From Dimorphilus gyrociliatus (Eukaryota > Animalia > Annelida), in the NCBI GenBank assembly GCA_904063045.1, contig CAJFCJ010000007.1, forward strand, positions 2,363,404 to 2,427,403: 64,000 bases of DNA, read 5' to 3'. Each line of letters opens with the position of its first letter. Within the stretch, counting starts at the first letter, position 1. A program made the position numbers and the translations under genes. The notes under the pieces were generated by a model. That model was not told the DNA's origin, made no database searches, and worked only from the letters and a program-made list of their open reading frames with translations. This document shows, piece by piece, positions 53,279 to 64,000 of this stretch.

Positions 53279-56068
53279 TTATAATTTGTTTCTGACTCTC
53301 TTTTCGTCGAAAAGTAAACCTTAAAGATAATAGAGAAATAACATTAGAATTGGTTTACCCGACAGTGATGTAAATACTATATACTTACCAGCAATACAGG
53401 CTGTTAAGAAACAGGCAATAGTACCAGCTACAAGAGCTCTAACGACTAGCTCTGAAAATACTTTCTGTCTAGAGGGGACGAGTACCTTCATCGCTCCAAT
53501 CATTACTCCCATAGAGCCTACATTTGCAAACCCACAAAGAGCGTATGTAGCAATGACAATAGATCTGGGCTAAAAGAAAAAATAAAGATATCATATGTAA
53601 TATTTCCTATTTTTCCATCACTTATATTAAATTACAGCTAGCAAACCCCCTGGTAAGGTTGCATTTCCTCCTTGAAAATAGAGTATAATATCTTTTCCAT
53701 TTTTCTCCATGGTTGTATTAAATTGACTTGTTAAATTGTTATAGGTATTCAAATTCTTTATATATGGTGTCATTTCTGTTTTGGATTTAATTTTTTAAAC
53801 AATAATTCATTATTTTCCATTAATTATGTATACTATATTTAGAATGTTACCTTGATATGCTACAAACTCGTTTATAAATGTTTTGGTCCCAATTAAAGAT
53901 GCTACGACTCTTGAATCTTCTGGTTTCACTCCCATTAATATTGCTATAGGATAAAATAGGTAGGAGCATATAAACTATTGAAGATTTTTCACGATAGGTG
54001 AGCGAGGTTGGTAAGGTAAGGGAAAAAATTTGAGAAGAGTTAAATCGTACTATAGTCACATTAGTTAAGTTTCATTTACTTGGAAAGTGATATCTTCTTC
54101 CGTAACTCCCGCTCTGCGACCAAACCAAGTTAACGCTGAATTAAAAAATTTCAAGATGGCTATGAAAGCTATCAAATTAACCACTATGTTAGCTATTAAA
54201 GCTATACTAGCTGTTGCTCCCTTGGATGCGGCATCTATGATATTATTAGCATCTCTGAAAAGATTACAATAAAAGTTTATAATTTTACAATAAGATTAAG
54301 AATACAGTTTAGATTACCCCTTTCCCAATGCTTCTTTAAGGTCTTCTACTCTAGTTTTAGACTTTTTTGTCTCTGGATACATCTAATCGTTAGAATTAGT
54401 AAAGAGTTACGTTATTATTATTTTGTTATTTGTAATTAGTAATTTTGCTTTTCTAATTAATTACCAGTTTACTTATTGCTAAGGCCGCTGGAGCGCTCAT
54501 AATCGAAGCGGAAATTAGGTGATTTGCCGGGACCTGTTTTTAAATAAGTTATACAATAGTATTTTAGTATCAAACTATAAAATATATTAATAATTAATAA
54601 CCCCAAAACCGATATAGGCTGCTAAAACCGTTCCAGCTATTGTTGCGAAACCACCAGACATAACTGCATGAAGTTCGGACTTTGTCATATTTGGTAAAAG
54701 GGGTTTTATCACTAAAGGTGCTTCTGTCTATTTAAAAAAATAATATATTAATCATTCTGAATAAACAAGAGCGTAAATAGATAGATATAAACCTGTCCAA
54801 TAAATATATTAGCAGCAGCATTTAAACTCTCTCCGGCTGTCGTTCCCATAGCTAACTGGGTTAGGAAGATAAAAGTTAATTTTTTATACAGTACTTAATA
54901 GTTTTTTATTATTTTACACTCTATTTACTTGGAGAACTTTTGCAATTGCTTTTATAACTACTTGCATCACTCCGATATGGAAAAGTATGGATGTAATAGC
55001 ACAGAAGAATACAATAACGGGTATCAGTTTAAAAGCGAATAGATGATCGGCATAATTGTCACCAAAGACAAATTTTGAACCAGCATCAGTGTGTTCTAAG
55101 AATTCACTTGTTCGTTTTCCCATCCAACTGAAGAAGCAACTTAATTAAGACCTATTTATTAATTATCGCATGTATGCTCACTGGAAAGCGTTGAAGCCTC
55201 TTTCCCATCGCAATATAAATATAGCAAAGATGCCCTGTAGAGCTAAGCCCCAAAGGACTGGACGCCATTTCACTCTAGAAGGGTATTTCGAAAATACGTA
55301 GCTAAGAAAAATGAATACGACTATTCCGCATGCCGATACTAAGTTATATGGTTCCTTTGATACTATTGCAACATCAATGATAACAAAGACTATCCAAAAC
55401 GAGTATATTATTATACCAATAAGCCTATAAAACTAAAATTCATTAGTCAATCGAATGCATAAATTAAAACAAACCATGATAATTTCTCCGAGTGCTTTCC
55501 AAGTCTTTCCGAGCATTCATCAGTAAATATATCAATGGGTTCCTTCCAAAATCTATATATTCCCCATCCAATAACAAAAACAACAACTACGCAAGTCATC
55601 CATAATAAACGAATTGATTCTTCACTTCCTAACTATTGGTATTTATATAAAATATGAAGTATCTATAACAAAAAGGAAATTATAGCTTACCTCATAATAC
55701 ATAGCATAGCCGAAATAACATAAATATGCTATTGTAATTATTAAAGCCAAAACGATCTTTATCAATCTTTTGTTACTTTTAAGAAACTCTTTTGTTAACC
55801 TTTGTACTTTCATTACAAATTTTGAAAAACAATTAGGAGTACTCGTTTCCTCTTCATCTTCAAAAATTCTCTCATCGTTTTCCTTATCTAATTCCTTTTT
55901 CTCATCAACCGATGCATTGATTTGATCAATTGTTATCTTATAATAATAATTTTATAATTATTTAAAGCAAATTTTTGCATATTATTATTTTTTTACCTCA
56001 TCAACATTGGCTTCAAATGCTTTGTTTACGTGAGATATCTCCCTTGATTGAAAACGCCTATTCTCCAT
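53279..56068 (-). CDS. SLC28A: Concentrative nucleoside transporter, paralog B (tandem duplicate)
   Basis: [20 protein letters not shown]; [12 protein letters not shown]; [13 protein letters not shown]|TEAPL; [10 protein letters not shown]; [12 protein letters not shown]; TYALCGFAN; [14 protein letters not shown]. Confidence 0.95.
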
Positions 56069-56840
56069 TATTCACATATAATGATAATACAACAGTGTCA
56101 TAGAAGTTTAAGCTGTTAGTTTGAACAACGAGACTTCTGGCGACTGTTTAAATTTTAAGTCGAAAAAAACAAGTGTTTTTCAATATTTGTTTTATATTGG
56201 AAATTCGTACAAATACGATTTCTTTTACCTGTATTCTGTGTGAACCATATTGAATAACGTAACCTTGAATAGTCAATTGACGTGCAAGTAAATGACTCTT
56301 CCTCTCTGTCGCTCTCTTTTCTTTCCCACTCTCTTATTTGATGGGACAACTTATCGTTCTCTTTCACCAGTGTTTTATATCGGTCCCGTCCGCTCATGTT
56401 TATTCATGCACTTAGTACTCCAAATAGTTTTTTATATCGGTAATTTTCAAGCCTTTCAATCTCTTTCTGACCCCTGACTTCTCTCTCTGCCTTTCTCTTT
56501 CCGTTGAATAAGTTAATTCAACTTTTTAAGATTTTTATATTGATTGTATAGAAAACAAGCAGATAGAGTGATAGTCTGTTAATGACTTCACACAAAGGAA
56601 TTAATATTTTGTACCTTCAACTCAATAAGCTATTGGAAGAGAGAAGCTTTTCTACTCTTTTCTTGAAGTCTTTAACAATTAATAAGGACGAAAGTTAGAA
56701 TACTGTTTGCTTTGAATAATTGACTTTTATTTATTTGATAAACATGTTTATATAAGCTTTAAATTTTATTTAGAATGGTATAAACTGTATAGATTTCTTA
56801 GATTTCTCTTTACCTTGCTCACTCACTCTCTGTCTTTTTG

Positions 56841-56874
56841 TCTCTCTCTCTCTCTCTCTCTCTCCCTCTCTCTC
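56841..56874. repeat. (CT)n microsatellite
   Basis: tctctctctc... run read directly, one interruption. Confidence 0.9.
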
Positions 56875-57723
56875 TTCCTTCTTGTTTTATTTAAATGATA
56901 GCCTGAAATTTTATCCTATCGATTTACTCCATGATGAATCGATAGTGTGATTCACAGAGGATAGTAAGATATCTAATTAGGAAAATAATTTGGTTCATTG
57001 AAGTTAACGACTTAACTTGGTTTCTTTCTAGTCTTTTTTTAAGAAGATAATATAGAACATAAAAGGAGTAATATTTAGTATAAATGTTGTTGAATCACGA
57101 TTGCCCCTTCTCTTAAAATCTCATCATACTTCCTTCTTTTCTTCTACTTTAATAACAGATCAAAGACATTTTGAAGCAGATGAAAAATATTTGTCTATTT
57201 TAGAATAAGCTTTGTGACGCTACACGTAATAAGAAGCATCAAGATGTACTTCCGGATAATTTACTTTTATAACGATATTTTCTATTGATCTTCTCCAAAT
57301 TTTCACAGCTGAAAAAACAATTTAAATCAGCAGGAAACAAGTATTTTTCATACATAATATAGACATTCCCTAACGAATAAATAATCTTTTCTTACAATGA
57401 ATGAAATTATCCTATAATCATTCTATTGGAAATTCGACACAAATCATGCATAAAAGAGATAAATTATATATCTATCCTCTGTTATCACGACGATCTAAAC
57501 GCCGGAACAGCAGTAACTCTCTTCGCTCCTTTTTATTTGATTTTTTTTTATATATAGGTAGAATTTAATCAATCCATTCGGATTTTCTCTCAAAATATGT
57601 TGCTGGAATAAGTTTATAAATCATTTAATAATATCAGACTACAACGTAAGGAAGTTTTGAAAGGAAACATTAAATATACTCTTACTTTTTCAACATTGAT
57701 GATTTAAGGAAGAATAAAAAACA

Positions 57724-60700
57724 ATGATCAGTTATTTATACAGTATGCTTAGTTATTAATTAATTTTTCATTGTTTTATATATATAATATATATATATAT
57801 ATATTGATTTTTTTAAACAGTTTTCCTACTTTTATTTACTTACACTTTACAAGAAGAAACAGCGTTTAATGAGTATGATAGAAAGAGGATAAAATGTAGA
57901 TCGGGTTTCATGAAAAACTTTGATTCGGATAAAATTTATAAGAAAGCTTTGGGTAAAAAGTTTCAGCATCTTCTTTTTTCTTTCTTAAATCATCGTTCCT
58001 TTTCTTTTACTACTAGTTAAACTTGTTGAAAAAAAAAAAACACTTGGTAGGAATGTTCGCATAGAGAATCTCTATTTAGGTTGTAGATCAGATGAAAAAG
58101 GACGTATTTATTGGAATGGTGGCGTGATAAACTCACCTCATAATCTTGGTGAGGTAAAAGAACAATACCTGTTAAAGACCGTTCGCCAATGTAAATATAT
58201 ATATATGTATTGTATATTTACATCAATTAATATTTAAAAATAGAATGCGTATTGTTATCTAGGGTCTTCACAAAAAAGGAAAAACAAGTGCTGTTTCTTA
58301 AAGGCTTTTGGGTCCGAATTTGGTAAAATTGGTCTAGACAACTGCAATAACAAGCGAGCAGGAACTTTCTGCAAGTTTTTCACTCATTTCTCTATTAATA
58401 GAACTATCTAATTTACCATTCAATTAATTAAAGGTGTTAAATCTAAATCGGCAGAAGAGAAGTTATTGCAAAATCTAATAGTAAAAAAACAGAATAAAAA
58501 GCCTAATAGACCAATTCTGTTAATAGAAAGACCAGGAAATATGATTGTAACGGAAAAACCAATAGGCGAAATGAGAGTTACTGAAAAACCAAAAATTTCC
58601 CGTTACGTTCCTGATCCAACAATATCCAGTCCATTCGGTATAGATAACAATAAAAAATTGATAATTGCAAACAAAACAAACTACTTATAATAGAGTTTGT
58701 AATTATTTATTGAAATCAGCGTAATATACTTCTCCCTCCTATAGAATTAACAATAGAGGAAGCAGCTAAATGCGACTTTGAAAAGGGCGGAAAGAAACGC
58801 TTCTGCTACTACAAAATTCCCAAAAAGAATGTTTACAAGTAATAAATTATAAAATAAAAGATTAAAGAAATCTACAGATTTAATTATAATATTAATTGCA
58901 TTGAAACGTAATTATAAGGTTTCAAAGAAAACTTCGGAAAGAGTATGGAATAATTGAAAACAGTAATTATCCTCTTTTATTTTTCTTCTTGCTATACGGT
59001 ATATAGAAAGAAAATTCTTAAATGAAAATTTGTGCCGTTTTAGAATATACCGCTTCAACAAGGCCTAACTTATTTGGTACTTACAAACTGGAAACTGTAG
59101 AATTTAAACCAACGAAAGAGGATGGATGTTTAACATTTTCTTACTACATCACTGGAAAGGAATGCGAAATATCAGTTTACAATTGGTGAAAATGAACTTT
59201 TTTTTATACTTTGTTTATATAAAATTAATAATTATTTGAGTAATGATTAAATGAAAATATTGTTTCATGGGGAAAAAAAAGGGATCAAATTAAGGAAGGT
59301 TATCAAATTGTAGCATCTTTTAATGAAAGCAGTGCAGGGAAATGGAAAAAATATCATTTGATGATTCGTCAAAATGTAATTAAAGTAAGCGAAAAGTAAT
59401 TTTGTTAAAAATTTCAAAAGATTCCTTTTATTAATCGTATTCCTTAACTTTGCTAATTAGATCAAATTCCAAATTCGAACATCTATGGGATACGTTCAAC
59501 TAGATGATATTAATTATAGGAACAGTTGTAGTCCAACTTCTATGCTTGTTTGCGAATTTGATTCCCCCTTCAGAGAGTTAGGCCTTTGCTCTCTCAAAGC
59601 TGGAACGATTTATGGAGGATACGTGTTTAAGAGATCGCATGGGCATTGGAGTATAACTAGATCGAAATACTACGATACTGGTCCGGCTAAAGATCATACA
59701 CTCAATAGTTACGAAGGAGGCTTTGCTATGGCGGATGCAACTTCAGGATTTCGTGGAAGTGTTACATATCTTATATCACCAATCTTTACGCCCGTAGGGC
59801 AACAAGGCGGCTGTCTGTCTTTCTATCTTTTTACTGATAATCAAGAAAAAAAGATTCCAACAACCTTGACCTTAATGGTCAGAATAGGTCTAGACGCTGA
59901 ATTTAAAAAACTATGGGGAACTAAAAGAATTACTATGAAATGGGAAAAGCGTCAAATAAGGATAAACCCCGACACTATTCAGGTATGATTTAACACTTAT
60001 TATATTAATGGTCTAACGCCTTTCCATTTCCGTCTTCGTCCATCGTAACTAAGCAATTAAATTGTCTTGTGTGTTTACAATCGTTTTCATTTTATTACAA
60101 AATAGAATAGGAATAGCAGTGTCATTTTTGAGTATCGTTAGAAATACCATATAAAAGCTTGACGTATCCCATTTCGTTGTCATTCCGTGTCCTCTGAGAT
60201 TGTGGATAAGATGGAAAGCGTATCGCCCATAGACTACTCTTTAAAACGAAATTGTGAAAATTTAGAAAAGAAAACGAGAAAGAATAAATCGTACCATAGA
60301 ATTAGTGACGAAAACAAGAATAAACTTGAGGAAACTTTTGAAAAGTCACCGTTTCCAACGGCTAAAGTTATGACTAGTTTAGCGGATCAACTCGGATTGA
60401 AGTATAGTTGCGTTAGAGGTTGGTTCAAGAGAAGAAGAAGGTTTCTCAGACAATTGACGACGAATAAGCAAACTAATAAAGATAAGAAATCTAATAAGAA
60501 GACCTTGTCTATTGATGTTATACCGAGTTTCAACGAAGTTCTTGAAAGCTTAGAACCTTTGAATAATAACGATATCCATTTTACTACGCCTACTCAACCA
60601 GAAATAATGAACAACGTTAATCTAACAGAATCCTATTATCCGGAAATTTATCCGCCTTTCGAAGATCAGTACTTTCATCAACCTGTACAACAGCTGCAGC

Positions 60701-63069
60701 AACAACAGCCACAACAACAACAACAACATTATCAGCAAACATCGAATTCTTTTGATATTTCGCCTCGTTGTTGTCATTGCTTCTGTCATAACAATGTACA
60801 ATTTAGCTACAATGAATATTATTGATTGTTTAGTTTTGTTACGTTAATCCTAAAGACTTTGTTTCATTACTTCTTTATTCTTTTTAAACAGATAAAATTT
60901 ATAGTCTCTAGAGGAAATAATCATTATTCTCACGTATCGATCGACGACTTGTCCTATTCCGACGGTTATTGCGCCATCGGCACAACAATTAGACCCATTA
61001 CCCCGCTTAAAACAACAGCTAAAACAAATACATTTCCATCTAGGCCTAGTGAAACTACTATGAAAACTACACCAACACCAACTACTACTATTCGCATTAT
61101 ATCGAAATTCGACCAATCTGACGAATGGAGTGCTTGGAGTTCTTGTACAGCTACATGTGGAACAGATGTATACATTTAATCAAATATTATAGAAAATATA
61201 ATGCTAGATTTGACCTAATCTATTTCTTTTCTAAATGAAAAAGGCAACACAAATTCGTTATAGAAAAAAATGCTTAGAGAAATCATCGTGTTCAAAAGAT
61301 TCATCGGAAAAGAGAAATTGTAATTTATTGTCTTGTTCAGGTTTGAAAAATTCACTATCTTCTTTATTTCATTATTTAGTTATAAAAAGGGTCGATCCTT
61401 TATTAATTCATTGCCTTTCATTCCTTTAATTTTAATCGTTTGTTATCTGTTAAAAGAACAAAAACTTGTACCTGACGATATTTTTCGGTATTGTTCGAAA
61501 CATGGTAGTCTATGCTTTGAAGAGAAAGTCGGTCTTAACAGTTATAAACTATGCATTGATTCCGATAATCCTGTGTGTTCTATGCAATATTGTACGAATA
61601 TGGAGAATTACGTTCCGGGGCGTGGTTGTATTCGTAAGTTTATTATAACTATATTAATAGCCCATCGTACTGCATTGATTGAAAAATGATAAAACCAAGA
61701 AAATTTTACTGCAGATTCGTTTATCGTCTACTGTGTAAATAACGGGGGGGAATGCAGAGTAAGGAGTAGCTCGTTTCCGTACAAAAGTAGCCTGTGCTCA
61801 CCAACGAAGGGCACTGTTGAAAATTGCATTGACTTTTGTCAAGAAACGAAAAAAGAGGCTCATTGTGTAGGTTTGTAAAAATAAAAAGGGTATAGGCAAT
61901 AATTAGATATCGATTTAAGATATAAAATCTAAGACTTAAAAACTCTTTATATATTAGAATATATAGTAGTATATACTGTATATCATATCATAAAAAATGC
62001 ACAGATAAATCGGAATATGTCTATCATTTTTGTAATAAGAAGAAGAACTCTTCCGAGATCAAGTGCTTTACTAAAATCGACCATGAATCAGAAGACGAGC
62101 GAGCGTATTATGTGTGTATTAAACACCTAAGGGACAATTGGAAGAACGAGTGCTTCCCCAGGCGTTGTGAATACGATTATTTTTTCGACAAGGAATCGAA
62201 TGAATGTAAACATATAGGTATTTACCTAAATAATAAGAAGGATTAAGATGAAAAGAATGTTCTATAAGGAATTTTGATTTCTTTATTAAAAACAAATTAT
62301 TTGCGGTACTTTTAGGTTATTCTTATTGCTCTTTGGAACCAAATAAGTGCACAGCTAAAAAATCAGCAAAGGGCAGACAATTTTACAAATTATGCATTCC
62401 GAAAGACGCCGACTATGAGTACAGAGGCCAATGCATGCTAAAACGCTGCCCCGGAACGCAATTATTCCTCGAAGATGCTCGATCTTGTAGCGATTGTAAG
62501 TGGGAGTGCTAAAAATAGTTTATTACTCATTTGTACCCTTATTTTACATATATACACTGAATTTAAAGCGTATTTTCTTTTCTTTTTAGATATGGACGAT
62601 TGTGTATCATGGTGTCGAGATAGGGGTGACTGCTCTTTTCGTCCACTTACTAATAAGCGTTCATTTGAAGTCTGTTCACCACAACTTCGTGCCGAGTCCA
62701 AAGTCAACATAGGCTGTATAAAGTGTCGTTGTCCAGAAACTAGTCCAATATTTTCTTCGAAAAGCTTTGCCAATTGTCTCCCGATAGGTAAACCAACTAT
62801 TGCTTCTTCAATTGGTCTCATGAATTATTATGTAACAGATAAAATAGTTTTTTCCTTTTCTTCCTTCTTTCATAAAACGCCGTTTTTTTCTATTGTTTTC
62901 CTATAATATAGCAAAAGAGTGCAAATCTGGCGAATTTAAGTACCTAACAGTTGAATCATCATCCTCTTCGGCGAACTCTATCGAAGTTTACAAATGTGAC
63001 AATTCCATTAGTCAATGTTACCTAGAATTGACTACTGCTTTACCGTCCAAATGTAATTTTTTGGCATAA
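57724..63069 (+). CDS. Secreted mosaic protein: signal peptide, C-type-lectin-like Cys domain, TEKP linker, 2 x MAM, Thr-rich stalk, TSP1, five to six six-Cys repeats
   Basis: Spliced signal peptide MISYLYIFLLLFTYTLQ; MAM1 CDFEKGG...CLTFSYY...VQLDDI; MAM2 CEFDS...LISP....GCLSFYL...VSIDDL; TSP1 WSAWSSCTATCG...RYR..C; 3' exons each encode one Cys-rich module; stop 63067-63069. Confidence 0.8.
60150..60186 (+). promoter_or_regulatory. TATA box plus initiator of the nested homeobox gene
   Basis: TATAAAAG 60150-60157 and TCATTC (TCAKTY-type Inr, A at 60182), 32 nt apart; first ATG at 60211. Confidence 0.6.
60211..60825 (+). CDS. Intronless divergent homeodomain protein (204 aa) nested in an intron of the MAM gene
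   Basis: 60-aa homeodomain 60280-60459 with L16, F20, P26, L34, A35, L38, L40, V45, W48, F49, R53; N-terminal PIDYSLK; Gln/Pro-rich C-terminus; lies wholly within intron 59983-60891. Confidence 0.88.
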   Translation: MESVSPIDYSLKRNCENLEKKTRKNKSYHRISDENKNKLEETFEKSPFPTAKVMTSLADQLGLKYSCVRGWFKRRRRFLRQLTTNKQTNKDKKSNKKTLSIDVIPSFNEVLESLEPLNNNDIHFTTPTQPEIMNNVNLTESYYPEIYPPFEDQYFHQPVQQLQQQQPQQQQQHYQQTSNSFDISPRCCHCFCHNNVQFSYNEYY

Positions 63070-63960
63070 GAGGAGAGAGAAGAGAGAATGGAGCGAACGG
63101 AGAGGAATTATGGAGAAAGAGATTGTAGGGGATATTAATAGAAACTCTAAATATATACACATATATATATGTATGAATGCTGAATAATCCTTGTTCTTAT
63201 TTAAATAAAGCATTAAAAAATTATTTCAAAGGATTCGCTTATCATCAAATTAAAAGGATAGGAGAGAGAGAGAAAGAAAGAGAAATATAAAAATAAAGAG
63301 TAATATTCAGTTTTGACTTTAAAAGAGCTATACTGAGTAATTACAATTAGTCGACAATCTCTTTAACAGCTGTGCTAATGAGTTAATACTCTTAATATAA
63401 AAGAGGCTTCAAGCTGTTTGAAATGGAATAGCGAAACTATAAAAAAAAAAAATATAACTCTTCGTTAAGATTTAAAATAGGTAGAAACCAAAAAAAGAAA
63501 ACACAATAAAAACTGACTACTTCTGTAAAAAAATAAAAAAGATACGGAAGAATAAAAAGAGAGAGAGAGAGAGAAAGGCAGAAGGGAGTTTGGGATTATA
63601 GCAATATGTACAATACTATATATAGTATTTATTATGTATATAACACGAATCTTTCGGAGAGTTTGATGTGTTTTTTTTTTTATTTTAAAAAAAAATATAC
63701 ATACTTACTTAAATAGATACAGTTTGAGTACATTTATTTATACTCGTTTATTATAAATAGGCTAAATTTTTAATAAAAAAAAATCTGGATTAGTCATTCG
63801 CTAACTCATCGCGCTTTTAGTAATAACGTAACGTAATCGATGAGGAACGTTGAATAGGCTGTTTTTTCCCTTTTGTGTTTTTAAAAATAGAAAGGAAAGA
63901 ATATTTTAAGACACAAAGATTACATCTGTTTAAATTTATACATATATACATATATATATT

Positions 63961-63964
<4 letters not shown>

Positions 63965-63991
<27 letters not shown>
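63965..63991. repeat. (AT)n microsatellite
   Basis: atatatat... run read directly. Confidence 0.9.
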
Positions 63992-64000
63992 CGTATAATG

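Noticed and set aside
56155-56520. 80-aa minus-strand ORF with charged, coiled-coil-like start upstream of CNT paralog B
   Set aside because: Purine-rich low-complexity composition, broken reading frames upstream, no recognisable homology or splice structure
1-64000. CRISPR arrays, rRNA, tRNA and prokaryotic operon or defence systems
   Set aside because: The sequence is spliceosomal-intron-containing eukaryotic DNA; no regularly spaced repeats or RNA gene signatures were seen by eye (tRNAscan/Infernal not run)

Overview
Eukaryotic (metazoan) genomic DNA. It is AT-rich and gene-dense, with very short GT-AG introns (50-70 nt where measured) and intergenic gaps of a few hundred bp. Gene content (IPPK, CCDC89, MEAK7, AEBP2, brambleberry) points to a compact invertebrate genome, possibly a lophotrochozoan such as a miniaturised annelid; this is inference only. 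About 22 protein-coding loci were reconstructed by hand by joining ORF fragments at splice sites: ACC, a stand-alone Bel/Pao-type gag, SOAT1, presenilin, DOHH, CAPZB, parvin, OSTF1, brambleberry, a 4E-BP-motif protein, IPPK, CCDC89, an orphan ORF, AEBP2, SMARCE1, PPIL1, MEAK7, DCAF1, a four-domain SUEL lectin, two tandem SLC28 transporters, a secreted MAM/TSP1/six-Cys-repeat mosaic protein, and a homeobox gene nested in one of its introns. A decayed Tc1-like transposon is also present. Most interesting: (1) an intronless divergent homeobox gene (K50/R51) with its own TATA+Inr inside a host intron on the same strand; (2) a duplicated 90-nt exon pair in the ACC central domain that looks mutually exclusive and is absent from the ORF track; (3) an intact gag ORF with no visible pol or LTRs; (4) an unannotated gene with a 4E-BP-like eIF4E-binding motif. 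No rRNA, tRNA or CRISPR features were seen. All homology calls are from motif recognition, not database searches; CDS coordinates are gene spans including introns.
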